Of a stretch of 64,000 bases of DNA, positions 30,223-38,876 are shown piece after piece. Each line of letters begins with the position of its first letter. Position 1 is the first letter of the stretch. Where the stretch lies: NCBI GenBank assembly GCA_030526265.1, contig JAUNDE010000008.1, forward strand, positions 8,943-72,942. The letters run 5' to 3'. The notes under the pieces are model-generated. The model did no database searches. It was not told the DNA's origin and worked only from the letters and a program-made list of their open reading frames with translations. A program made the position numbers and the translations under genes. Source of the stretch: Eubacteriales bacterium. Its GTDB lineage: Bacteria > Bacillota > Clostridia > Lachnospirales > Lachnospiraceae.

Positions 30223-30921
30223 ATGAATGGAAAAGAACGGTTAAGTGAGCTTGACTTTTTTAAGCATGTATCAGATGAAACATTGAATGAACTATGGGCT
30301 AAGGGAACGGTGGAACGATGTCTGAAGGGAACGGTGATACGCAGGGCGAAGGAATTGAATCAGAATGTCTATTTTCAGGTGAGCGGCAAGTCTGTCGTAT
30401 ACAATCTGACTCATACCGGAAGAAGAAAGATTATTTTTATATTGGGCAAAGGACATATGCTGAATGGACATATCATTCAGAATCATGTGGCTTCCCTTTT
30501 CATCGAGACAATTGAGGAAAGCAGTATCTTTCGCGTTCCAATCTCTGCTTTCATAAATGCAATGAAAAAAGATTTTACACTTGTGGAAGCCGTACTGACC
30601 GCACAGGAGACGAAAATCTGGAGACTTGGGCATCAGTTGAAAAATACGATGGGAAGTATTTATATGGAACGCAAACTTGCTGCAAAGCTTTGGAAATTAT
30701 CGAGAGATTTCGGAAAAGAAACGAAAGATGGCATCGAAATTGATCTTAATCTGCCGATCACCTTCCTGGCGGACATGCTTGGCGCACCGCGAGAGACAAC
30801 ATCGAGACTGTGCAGTACATTGATGGAGTATGATTTGATCAGAATCAATAAGAAAAGAATTACGATTGTGGACAAAGATCGAATGGCTCATTTTTATAAA
30901 ACAGGAGAATATTATTTATAA
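30223..30921 (+). CDS. Crp/Fnr family transcriptional regulator (HcpR/Dnr-like; no Fnr Cys cluster)
   Basis: N-terminal cNMP-binding-like domain; C-terminal ERKLAAKL...LPITFLADMLGAPRETTSR helix-turn-helix. Confidence 0.92.
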   Translation: MNGKERLSELDFFKHVSDETLNELWAKGTVERCLKGTVIRRAKELNQNVYFQVSGKSVVYNLTHTGRRKIIFILGKGHMLNGHIIQNHVASLFIETIEESSIFRVPISAFINAMKKDFTLVEAVLTAQETKIWRLGHQLKNTMGSIYMERKLAAKLWKLSRDFGKETKDGIEIDLNLPITFLADMLGAPRETTSRLCSTLMEYDLIRINKKRITIVDKDRMAHFYKTGEYYL

Positions 30922-30931
30922 TGCAAAAATC

Positions 30932-30974
30932 TGTGACTTTTGTCACGGATTTTTTTTGATAATTTTGAGACAAT
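30932..30974 (+). promoter_or_regulatory. Crp-family box at -41.5 plus extended -10 upstream of asrA; the same inverted repeat can also terminate the regulator gene
   Basis: TGTGA-CTTTTG-TCACG (30932-30947, centre 30939.5) and TG-A-GACAAT (30966-30974). Confidence 0.65.
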
Positions 30975-31007
30975 GTACTTAAATATAAAGACGCGAAAGG
31001 AGACATT

Positions 31008-31997
31008 ATGGGATATCAGTTATCAAAACAAGAAGCTTCAAAACTGTTTGCAAAATGGACAGAATGTTTTGACGTATTTGCTCCTGTTCTGAAAAAAGGA
31101 GAGGGATGTTTTTCGGATACGGATATCATCCGTTATGACAAAGTAAAGAATCTGGATGAGATTGAGTGGGAGAAAAAATCGGATTATTCATTCAAAGAGG
31201 CATTGCTGTCGATCAATCAGACTATTTTTTATTACACGGAAGATCAGACAACTGTTCCGAAAGGACCGGAAAAGGATCTTTTGATTTTCCTTCGTTCGTG
31301 TGACCTTCATGCGGTGAGGAGACTTGACGATATTTATCTGAACAATGGCTTTGAAGATCTCTACTATTCGAGAGTGCGCGAGCGGGCAAAATTCATTCTT
31401 ATGGGATGTGAGGAGACTTGTTCGACCGGATTTTGTGTAAGTATGGGAACAAACAGATCAGACAATTATGACGCATACATCAAACTGGACGGTGACGTAT
31501 GCTTCATGGACGTGAAATGTGCTGATCTGAACCCTGAAAATGCTGATGTGAAAGAAGTGGTTCCTGATTTCGTGTCAGAGAATAAGGAAAAAGTGACGCT
31601 GCCAAAGAATCTTTCCAATGAGAGCTTTACAAAGGAAATCTGGCAGGAGTACGGCGACCGCTGTATCGAATGTGGCAGATGTAATTTTGTATGTCCGACA
31701 TGTACCTGCTTCACCATGCAGGATATATTTTACAAAGATAATGCGAAGGTTGGAGAGCGAAGAAGAGTGTGGGCGTCGTGCCAGGTTGGAGGATACGATG
31801 AGATCGCCGGAGGAATTACATTCAGAAGAACCAAAGGCGACAAAGTTCGTTTTAAAGTCATGCACAAGATCCATGATCATGAAAAGCGCTTCGGATATCC
31901 GATGTGCGTAGGATGCGGACGCTGTGATGCAGTATGTCCGGAGTACATTTCCTATTCTAATTTGGTCAACCGGTTAGCAAAGGAGGAGAATGAATAA
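31008..31997 (+). CDS. asrA: Anaerobic sulfite reductase subunit A (Fe-S)
   Basis: FLRSCDLHA, RCIECGRCNFVCPTCTCF, RRRVWASC and CVGCGRCDAVCPEYI. Confidence 0.92.
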   Translation: MGYQLSKQEASKLFAKWTECFDVFAPVLKKGEGCFSDTDIIRYDKVKNLDEIEWEKKSDYSFKEALLSINQTIFYYTEDQTTVPKGPEKDLLIFLRSCDLHAVRRLDDIYLNNGFEDLYYSRVRERAKFILMGCEETCSTGFCVSMGTNRSDNYDAYIKLDGDVCFMDVKCADLNPENADVKEVVPDFVSENKEKVTLPKNLSNESFTKEIWQEYGDRCIECGRCNFVCPTCTCFTMQDIFYKDNAKVGERRRVWASCQVGGYDEIAGGITFRRTKGDKVRFKVMHKIHDHEKRFGYPMCVGCGRCDAVCPEYISYSNLVNRLAKEENE

Positions 31998-32788
31998 TGA
32001 AAAATGAATATATTCCTCAGTTGTCAAAAATTTTAAAAGTAGTGAAACATACAAATTTAGAATACACATTCACAATGGAATTTGAAGGAGATGTGAAACC
32101 GGGACAGTTCTTCGAAGTGTCAATTCCGAAATTTGGAGAGGCACCGATCTCGGTAAGCGGAATCGGAGAAGGGACTGTTGATTTTACGATCCGCCGTGTG
32201 GGCAAAGTGACAAACGAAATCTTTGAAAACTATGTTGGTGATTCTTTCTTTATCCGTGGACCATATGGAAATGGGTTTGATGTAGAGAATTACAAAGGAA
32301 AAGAAATCGTTGTTGTTGCCGGTGGTACAGGTCTTTCCCCTGTTCGTGGAGTCGTGGATTACTTTGCGGAACATACAGATGAAGCGGTAAGCACGACACT
32401 GATCTCAGGATTCAAATCTCCTGACGATGTGCTCTTCAAGGAAGATTTTGAAAGATGGAATGAAAAAATCAATGTAATCAAAACTGTCGACCGTGCACCG
32501 GAAGGATATGACGGACCGGTTGGAATGGTTACGCAGTACATTCCGGATCTTACATTTGAAAATATCAAAAATGCGGTATTTATCTGTGTAGGACCTCCGA
32601 TCATGATCAAATTTACAATCATGGCAATTCAGAAGCTTGGCGTGACAGATCAGCAGATCTGGGTTTCTCATGAGAGAAAGATGTGTTGTGGTCTTGGTAA
32701 ATGCGGACACTGCAGAATCGGCTCTACATATATCTGCCTTGACGGACCTGTATTTAACTATGTGGACGGAAAAGAATTAATCGATTAA
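31997..32788 (+). CDS. asrB: Anaerobic sulfite reductase subunit B (FAD/NAD, 2Fe-2S)
   Basis: PGQFFEVS, GEAPIS, IRGPYGNGF, AGGTGLSP, VGPPIM and ERKMCCGLGKCGHC...CLDGPVF. Confidence 0.93.
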   Translation: MKNEYIPQLSKILKVVKHTNLEYTFTMEFEGDVKPGQFFEVSIPKFGEAPISVSGIGEGTVDFTIRRVGKVTNEIFENYVGDSFFIRGPYGNGFDVENYKGKEIVVVAGGTGLSPVRGVVDYFAEHTDEAVSTTLISGFKSPDDVLFKEDFERWNEKINVIKTVDRAPEGYDGPVGMVTQYIPDLTFENIKNAVFICVGPPIMIKFTIMAIQKLGVTDQQIWVSHERKMCCGLGKCGHCRIGSTYICLDGPVFNYVDGKELID

Positions 32789-32800
32789 GGGGGCACTGGT

Positions 32801-33775
32801 ATGGGATTAGATATTAATACAAAGAAATTAAAGAAGAATGCATTCCGTGTATCAAAAGTTCGTGGAATCGGTGCATCCAGAATTCGTGTTCCAGGTGGTT
32901 ATCTGAATGCAGAAGTTCTCGGAATGGTTCAGGAAATTGCGCAGGAATATGGTAATGGATATGTGCATCTGACAACAAGACAGGGATTTGAGATCGAAGG
33001 TATCCGCTATGAAGACATGGATGAGATCAATAAAAAGCTTCAGCCAATCATCGACATGGTGGGAACGAATCAGACGGATCCGGGCACAGGATATGCTGCA
33101 TCGGGAACAAGAAATATCTCGGCCTGTATCGGAAATAATGTCTGTCCGTTTGCGAACTATAATACAGCGGAACTGGCAAGAAGGATCGATAAGGCGATAT
33201 TCCCGAATGACCTTCATTTCAAAATTGCGTGTACTGGATGTTCCAATGACTGTGCAAAGGCGAGAATGCATGATTTCGGCATTATCGGACAGACGATCCC
33301 ACAGTATGATCCGACACGCTGTGTGGCATGTCAGGCTTGTATCAAGGGCTGCAAGAGTTTGTCTGTAGATGCGCTTCGCATGGAAAATTACAAAATTATA
33401 AGAGATACAGAGAAATGTATCGGGTGCGGTGTCTGTATCACCAAATGTCCGACACGTGCGCTCACAAGAAGTCCGAAGAAATACTATAAGCTTGCAATCA
33501 TGGGAAGAACAGGAAAGAAGAATCCAAGACTGGGTCAGGATTTTCTTGTCTGGGCAGATGCCGACAATATCATTAAGATCATTCAGAATACATACGCATT
33601 TGTTGAAGAATATATTTCTCCGGATGCACCTGCAAGAAAAGAGCATATCGGCTACATTATTGACCGCGTAGGATTTGAAGAATATAAAAAATGGGCACTT
33701 AAAGATGTTGAACTGATGCCGGAGACCATCATGAAAGAATGCGTATACTGGAATGGTATCGATTTTAAACATTAG
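32801..33775 (+). CDS. asrC: Anaerobic sulfite reductase subunit C (siroheme-[4Fe-4S])
   Basis: RIRVPGG, HLTTRQGFEI, SACIGNNVC, KIACTGCSNDC (siroheme ligands) and two ferredoxin motifs CVACQAC..C and CIGCGVC..KC. Confidence 0.93.
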   Translation: MGLDINTKKLKKNAFRVSKVRGIGASRIRVPGGYLNAEVLGMVQEIAQEYGNGYVHLTTRQGFEIEGIRYEDMDEINKKLQPIIDMVGTNQTDPGTGYAASGTRNISACIGNNVCPFANYNTAELARRIDKAIFPNDLHFKIACTGCSNDCAKARMHDFGIIGQTIPQYDPTRCVACQACIKGCKSLSVDALRMENYKIIRDTEKCIGCGVCITKCPTRALTRSPKKYYKLAIMGRTGKKNPRLGQDFLVWADADNIIKIIQNTYAFVEEYISPDAPARKEHIGYIIDRVGFEEYKKWALKDVELMPETIMKECVYWNGIDFKH

Positions 33776-33790
33776 TGAGGGGAGAGCAGT

Positions 33791-35899
33791 ATGAAAAAAG
33801 TACAATCTATCTGTAATTATTGTGCGATTGATTGCAGTCTTGATTTTTTTGTAAATGAAGATGCGAATCAGATTGAAGCTGTGAAGCCTACACCTGGGTA
33901 TCCGGTCAATGACGGTTTCTGCTGTATCAAGGGCTTGTCGCTTGATAAACAGCAGACGGTTGTGGATAAACCACACACTCCGAGAGTCCGTATGCAGGAC
34001 GGCAGCTACGCATATCCGGGATGGGATTACACGTTTGCATATATTGCGAAACGCTTCAGAGAGATTCAGGAGAAATATGGATATGAAGCGATTGCAGGAA
34101 TTTCTACCGGACAGCTTACGATGGAGGAATTTGCGATTAACGGACATATTTTACGTGACCATATGCACACAAATGTGGATGGCAATACGAGACTTTGCAT
34201 GGCATCCGCTGTGGTTGCCCATAAGCAGAGTTACGGCTTTGATGCTCCCGGATATACACTGAAAGATTTAGAACTGTCTGACACGATCATACTGATCGGC
34301 TCTAATCCGGTTGTTGCGCATCCGATCGTATGGGATCGAATCAGAAAAAACACAGATAAAAAATTAATCGTGATCGACCCGAGAAGATCCGAGACAGCAA
34401 AAAATGCGGACTACCATTACCGGATTAAGTCCAAAATGGATTCAACACTTTTCTACGGACTTGCAAATTATTTTATTTCAAATGATCTGATTGACCATGC
34501 GTTTATCGAGACACATACCAATCGTTTTGAGGAATATAAAGAGTTCGTGAAAGATTTTCCGATGGAAAAGGTTGCAGCGGATACGGATCTGTCAGTAGAT
34601 GAGATCCATGAACTGATTGAACTGATCAAGAATGGAAAACGGGTATCGATGTGGTGGACAATGGGAATCAACCAGTCTCACAACGCGGTTCGTGCTGCAC
34701 AGTCTATCATCAATCTCCAGCTGCTGCTTGGCAATTATGGAAAACCAGGTACAGGAGCGAACTCGATCACCGGTCAGTGTAATGCGATGGGATCGCGATT
34801 ATTCTCCAACCAGGCATCACTATACGGACATCCATTCGATAATCCGGATGCAAGGAAGAAGGTTGCAGGTATTTTCCACTGCGACGAGGAGATTCTGGCA
34901 AAAGGTCCGACGAAGACATACAACCAGATAATCGAGGGAATCAACAATGGGGACATCAAAGCACTTTGGATTATCTGTACGAACCCGAGGCATTCCTGGA
35001 CAAACAATGTGACATTTAAAAAAGCGATTGAGAACCTTGAGTTTTATGTCGTTCAGGATATTTATGATGATATTGAGAGTGCGGATGATTATGATGTATT
35101 TCTCCCGGCAGTACCAGGAATCAAGAAGGAAGGTACGTATGTGAATCTGGAACGTCGTCTTGGCCGTATGATTCCGGCTTTGAAACCTGATGAAGATGAG
35201 AAAAATGATTATCAGATCATGTACGGAATCGCGAAGGCGATGGGATTCGAGGACATCATCGAGTATTGGAAGACGCCGGAAGACTGCTTTAATCTGATGA
35301 GAGCGTGTTCAAAGGGACGTCCATTCGATTTTACAGGAGTGTCATACAGGGGACTTGAGTTCTCGCATGGTGTTCAGTGGCCATTCAGGGAAGGCGAAGT
35401 GTTAGAAGAAGATGAGCGAAGACTGTACGCGGACGGTAAGTTTTTCCATCCGGATGGAAAAGCAGTCTTTATGTTCGAGCCGGTACCGGAAAATCCGCTG
35501 CCGCAGACAGAAGAATTCCCTTATATTTTTAATACAGGACGTGGTTCCGTAGGTCAGTGGCATACGCAGTCAAGAACAAGAGAAGTTCAGTTCGTTGAGG
35601 GTGTCAGTGCCCATCATCCATATTGTTACATTCATCCGGCTGTGGCAGACAAGTTTGGTCTGAAGCATGAAGACTGGATTATGATTCATTCCTGTAACGG
35701 GGAGAGCGCTCCGTTTGCAGTTCGTGTTACAGATGATGTGAAAGAGGATGAGATATATTGTCCGATTCATTATATCGAATGTAACAGACTGACCCCGTCT
35801 GTCTATGATCCGTATTCAAAAGAGCCAAGCTATAAGGCTGCAGTCGTAAATATTAGACCGGTTGAGGAGGGATTTGTATATGTACCGTATAAAAATTGA
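33791..35899 (+). CDS. Cytoplasmic molybdopterin oxidoreductase, Nas/NarB-type nitrate reductase catalytic subunit
   Basis: CNYCAIDC...FCCIKG ([4Fe-4S]), NTRLCMASA (Mo-Cys ligand), WWTMGINQ, SITGQCNAMG and NTGRGSVGQWHT; no Tat signal. Confidence 0.82.
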   Translation: MKKVQSICNYCAIDCSLDFFVNEDANQIEAVKPTPGYPVNDGFCCIKGLSLDKQQTVVDKPHTPRVRMQDGSYAYPGWDYTFAYIAKRFREIQEKYGYEAIAGISTGQLTMEEFAINGHILRDHMHTNVDGNTRLCMASAVVAHKQSYGFDAPGYTLKDLELSDTIILIGSNPVVAHPIVWDRIRKNTDKKLIVIDPRRSETAKNADYHYRIKSKMDSTLFYGLANYFISNDLIDHAFIETHTNRFEEYKEFVKDFPMEKVAADTDLSVDEIHELIELIKNGKRVSMWWTMGINQSHNAVRAAQSIINLQLLLGNYGKPGTGANSITGQCNAMGSRLFSNQASLYGHPFDNPDARKKVAGIFHCDEEILAKGPTKTYNQIIEGINNGDIKALWIICTNPRHSWTNNVTFKKAIENLEFYVVQDIYDDIESADDYDVFLPAVPGIKKEGTYVNLERRLGRMIPALKPDEDEKNDYQIMYGIAKAMGFEDIIEYWKTPEDCFNLMRACSKGRPFDFTGVSYRGLEFSHGVQWPFREGEVLEEDERRLYADGKFFHPDGKAVFMFEPVPENPLPQTEEFPYIFNTGRGSVGQWHTQSRTREVQFVEGVSAHHPYCYIHPAVADKFGLKHEDWIMIHSCNGESAPFAVRVTDDVKEDEIYCPIHYIECNRLTPSVYDPYSKEPSYKAAVVNIRPVEEGFVYVPYKN

Positions 35900-36305
35900 T
35901 CGTAACCGTTGTATCGGTTGTCTTATGTGCGTTACATCGTGCTGTGTCTCTCATGATACGCATGATGCGAGAAATCGTGTCGTAATCGACTCGCAGACAA
36001 AACCGGCACCAATCTTTTGCCGTCACTGTGACCGTCCGGAATGTGCGATTACCTGTATGACCGGTGCGATGAGAAAAGATGAGAAAACAGGATATGTGAT
36101 GTACGACAGAGAGCACTGCGCACATTGTTTTATGTGTGTGATGGGATGTCCGTACGGTGTGCTGAAGCCGGATGCGATTCACAATACCGAAGTAATGAAA
36201 TGTGATATGTGTGTTCACAGGAGTGAAGATGGCTCGGGGAATCCGATGTGTGTCGAGAAATGTCCGATGCATGCGATTACATTAGTGGAGGTGAGCGAAT
36301 CATGA
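35880..36305 (+). CDS. 4Fe-4S ferredoxin-type electron transfer subunit (HydN/DmsB-like)
   Basis: CIGCLMCVTSC, CRHCDRPECAITC, CAHCFMCVMGCP and KCDMC...CVEKC. Start at ATG 35880 after GAGGAGG. Confidence 0.9.
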   Translation: MYRIKIDRNRCIGCLMCVTSCCVSHDTHDARNRVVIDSQTKPAPIFCRHCDRPECAITCMTGAMRKDEKTGYVMYDREHCAHCFMCVMGCPYGVLKPDAIHNTEVMKCDMCVHRSEDGSGNPMCVEKCPMHAITLVEVSES

Positions 36306-37558
36306 AATTTGTAGTAATTGGAGCAAGTGCTGCGGGAACAAATACTGTTCGTAAACTCCGCGAACTGAACCCGGATGCTCAGATTGTGATGATTTCAGAG
36401 GATACAGCGATCTATTCCAGATGTATCCTGTATCATCACCTCAAAGGCGAACGTGATCTGGAAGGACTGAACTTTGTAGGACCAGACTTTGCGGAGCGTT
36501 TTCGGGTTGAATGGATCAAGGGTGTAAAGGCAAGCGGCATTGATACAGACCGAAATGTAGTATTGCTTGAGAATGGGGACGAAGTTTCCTATGATAAGCT
36601 CTGCATCGCGACAGGTTCTCATCCGAATTTCTTTCCGATTCCGGGACTCCGTGAAGGGAAGAATGTGACAGGCTTCCGTAATTTTTCTGACGTGGAATTT
36701 ATTGAAGAGAGAATTGAACAGGCGGAAAATATCTTTGTTCTGGGAGCCGGTCTTGTCGGTATCGATGTAGTGGCAGGTCTCATCAAATATAAAAAGCATA
36801 TTACGATTGCAGATATGGCCCCTTATATGCTGGGAATCCAGCTGGATGAATACTCGGCAGGCGTGTATCAGGAAATGTTCGCGGCTCACAATGTGGATCA
36901 GTATTATAATATGGGAGTCAGAGATTTTGTCCTGAATGAAGAGGGAAATGTTTACAAAGTCATTTTGAATGACGGAACAGAGATTCCGACCGATCTGGTC
37001 GTGAATTGTGCAGGTGTACGTGCAACAGTAGAGTTCCTGGAGGGAAGTAAGATTGAGACGGATCGGTTCGGACTTGTATTTGATACGCATGGGCAGACAA
37101 ATATACCGGATGTATATGGTGCGGGCGATGTGTCAGGGCGCGGTCCGATCTGGCCGGTAGCTGTGAAAGAAGGAATGATTGCCGCTTATAACATGAGCGG
37201 GGTTGAGATGACAATGGATGATTTTTTTACTTCCAAATCTACAATGAATTTCCTCGGACTTGCGAGCATGTCACTTGGAAAAGCAAACAGGTATGATGAT
37301 TCCTATACAGAAGAAATCTTTAAAGATCCGGAAAAGAAAATATATAAGAAGATCGTACACAAAGATGGTGTGATCACAGGTGCGATCCTTCAGGGAGACC
37401 TTTCTTACTGTGGAGTTTTGACTCAGCTGATCCGGCGAAAGATTGATGTTTCAAAGATTAAAAAGCCATTATTTGACGTCGATTATTCTGATTTCTTCCG
37501 CGTGAAAGATAACTTTGAGTTCTTGTACGAAAAGGAAGAAGAGATTGAGGTACTGTAA
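36302..37558 (+). CDS. NAD(P)H:FAD oxidoreductase (NirB N-terminal/rubredoxin reductase-like)
   Basis: VIGASAAG, YSRCIL, LCIATGS, VLGAGLVG and VYGAGDV. Start at ATG 36302 (ATGA overlap). Confidence 0.88.
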   Translation: MKFVVIGASAAGTNTVRKLRELNPDAQIVMISEDTAIYSRCILYHHLKGERDLEGLNFVGPDFAERFRVEWIKGVKASGIDTDRNVVLLENGDEVSYDKLCIATGSHPNFFPIPGLREGKNVTGFRNFSDVEFIEERIEQAENIFVLGAGLVGIDVVAGLIKYKKHITIADMAPYMLGIQLDEYSAGVYQEMFAAHNVDQYYNMGVRDFVLNEEGNVYKVILNDGTEIPTDLVVNCAGVRATVEFLEGSKIETDRFGLVFDTHGQTNIPDVYGAGDVSGRGPIWPVAVKEGMIAAYNMSGVEMTMDDFFTSKSTMNFLGLASMSLGKANRYDDSYTEEIFKDPEKKIYKKIVHKDGVITGAILQGDLSYCGVLTQLIRRKIDVSKIKKPLFDVDYSDFFRVKDNFEFLYEKEEEIEVL

Positions 37559-37603
37559 AAAGCGGTTATCCAGAAACCAGATGAAAAGAAAAGGAATAGA
37601 GTT

Positions 37604-38533
37604 ATGGAGAGATTAGAAAGAATTCCTGTTCCGGTGATTCCTACCTTTGTTGGTGCACTCACACTGAGCAACATATATGGCGGAATGGGATATACATGGG
37701 TGCGGCATTTATCAATGTGGGCGGCAACAGTGTTTATGATTTGTTATATTATAAAAATCGTAAAGTACCCGTCTACATGCAAAAAAGAATATTGTCAGGT
37801 GATCCCGGGCAGTTTATATGCTGCGTTCGCGATGGTATTGATGATACTTGGAAGTTACTATTATGATTATGCTCCGGCTGTCGGAAAAGCAATCTGGTCG
37901 ATCGCAATCGTGATCCATGCAACACATATTTTGATTTTTACATATCGCAATGTCATCAGAAAGCGCGATATGAATACATTTATGCCAAGCTGGTATGTGA
38001 CATACAATGGAATCATGGTCAGCTGCGTGACTGGCGGTGCCATGAATGCATCCGGTGTGCTTCGTGTGATTGTATTTTACGGAATTGCAGTTTATTTTGT
38101 AATCCTGCCGTTCATGCTCAGACGCCTGCTTACGGTAGAAGTCAAGGATGCGGTATATCATACAATGGCAGTTCTTCTTGCACCGTGCAGTTTGTGTGTT
38201 GTGAGTTATCTGAATGTGATTCAGAATCCAAATGCAGTCGTTCTCTATATTTTGTATGCATGCGTATTGGCTTCGTTATTATTTATCATTGTCAAGCTTC
38301 CGAAATTCTTCGCATTTTCATTTGTACCGGGTTATGCAGGGCTTACATTCCCGATGGCTATCGGTACGGTTGCGACATCAAAGATGACGGCGTTCCTTAC
38401 GGCGCAGGGAAAGGATTCTCTGGCTGCTATGACAACGCAGCTGAACGGAATTCAGCTTTATCTGACAACGATGATTGTGGGATATGTCCTTGTTAATTTT
38501 GTTGTCATGCTACTAAAGATCGAACGTAAATAG
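37604..38533 (+). CDS. TDT (TehA/SLAC1/Mae1/Ssu1) family anion transporter
   Basis: About ten hydrophobic segments, FMPSWYV and the TM9-like motif LTFPMA. Confidence 0.8.
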   Translation: MERLERIPVPVIPTFVGALTLSNIYGGMGYTWVRHLSMWAATVFMICYIIKIVKYPSTCKKEYCQVIPGSLYAAFAMVLMILGSYYYDYAPAVGKAIWSIAIVIHATHILIFTYRNVIRKRDMNTFMPSWYVTYNGIMVSCVTGGAMNASGVLRVIVFYGIAVYFVILPFMLRRLLTVEVKDAVYHTMAVLLAPCSLCVVSYLNVIQNPNAVVLYILYACVLASLLFIIVKLPKFFAFSFVPGYAGLTFPMAIGTVATSKMTAFLTAQGKDSLAAMTTQLNGIQLYLTTMIVGYVLVNFVVMLLKIERK

Positions 38534-38612
38534 AGAAAAGGGCAAAGTCTGGATTTGTGAAATGTTTATAGAATAAATATTCATTTCAATGAATTTTTAT
38601 TAAAATTAGGAG

Positions 38613-38641
38613 TTGATTGAAGAAAGGGTTTCCGTTATAAT
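38613..38641 (+). promoter_or_regulatory. Sigma-A promoter of gltBD
   Basis: TTGATT-17 bp-TATAAT. Confidence 0.7.
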
Positions 38642-38694
38642 AGACAAAAAAATAGTTGGGGCTTTAGACCCCGGCATCATTATATGGAAAGCAA

Positions 38695-38748
38695 CACAAG
38701 GGCGTGCTGTGATTTTACGAAAGTGAAATTGCGGTGCGCCCTTTTATG
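38695..38748 (+). promoter_or_regulatory. Leader attenuator: ANTAR-like hairpin overlapping a terminator upstream of gltB
   Basis: CAC-AAGGGC-GTG overlaps the 5' arm of a 19-bp stem (38700-38741, GAAA loop, several G-U pairs) followed by TTTT. Confidence 0.6.
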
Positions 38749-38876
38749 TATCAGGGAAATGCCTGCAGTATGCACCTGATACATAAAACGCACTTTGTGC
38801 GCTGATGCGCAGCACGCTCGCGCGCGAAGATTGCGCATGAAACGCAATCTATCAGATATGAAGGGAGAATGCACAG

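Noticed and set aside
32852-34147. 431-aa minus-strand ORF, and the other long antisense ORFs in the track (for example 40389-41555, 6528-7433, 9628-10425)
   Set aside because: They lie fully opposite well-supported genes, carry no recognisable motifs and are the expected shadows of biased codon usage.
33791-35899. Formate dehydrogenase or selenoprotein interpretation of the Mo subunit
   Set aside because: No in-frame TGA, and the ligand region reads RLCMASA rather than the FDH-type RxC/U-H motif with its conserved His.
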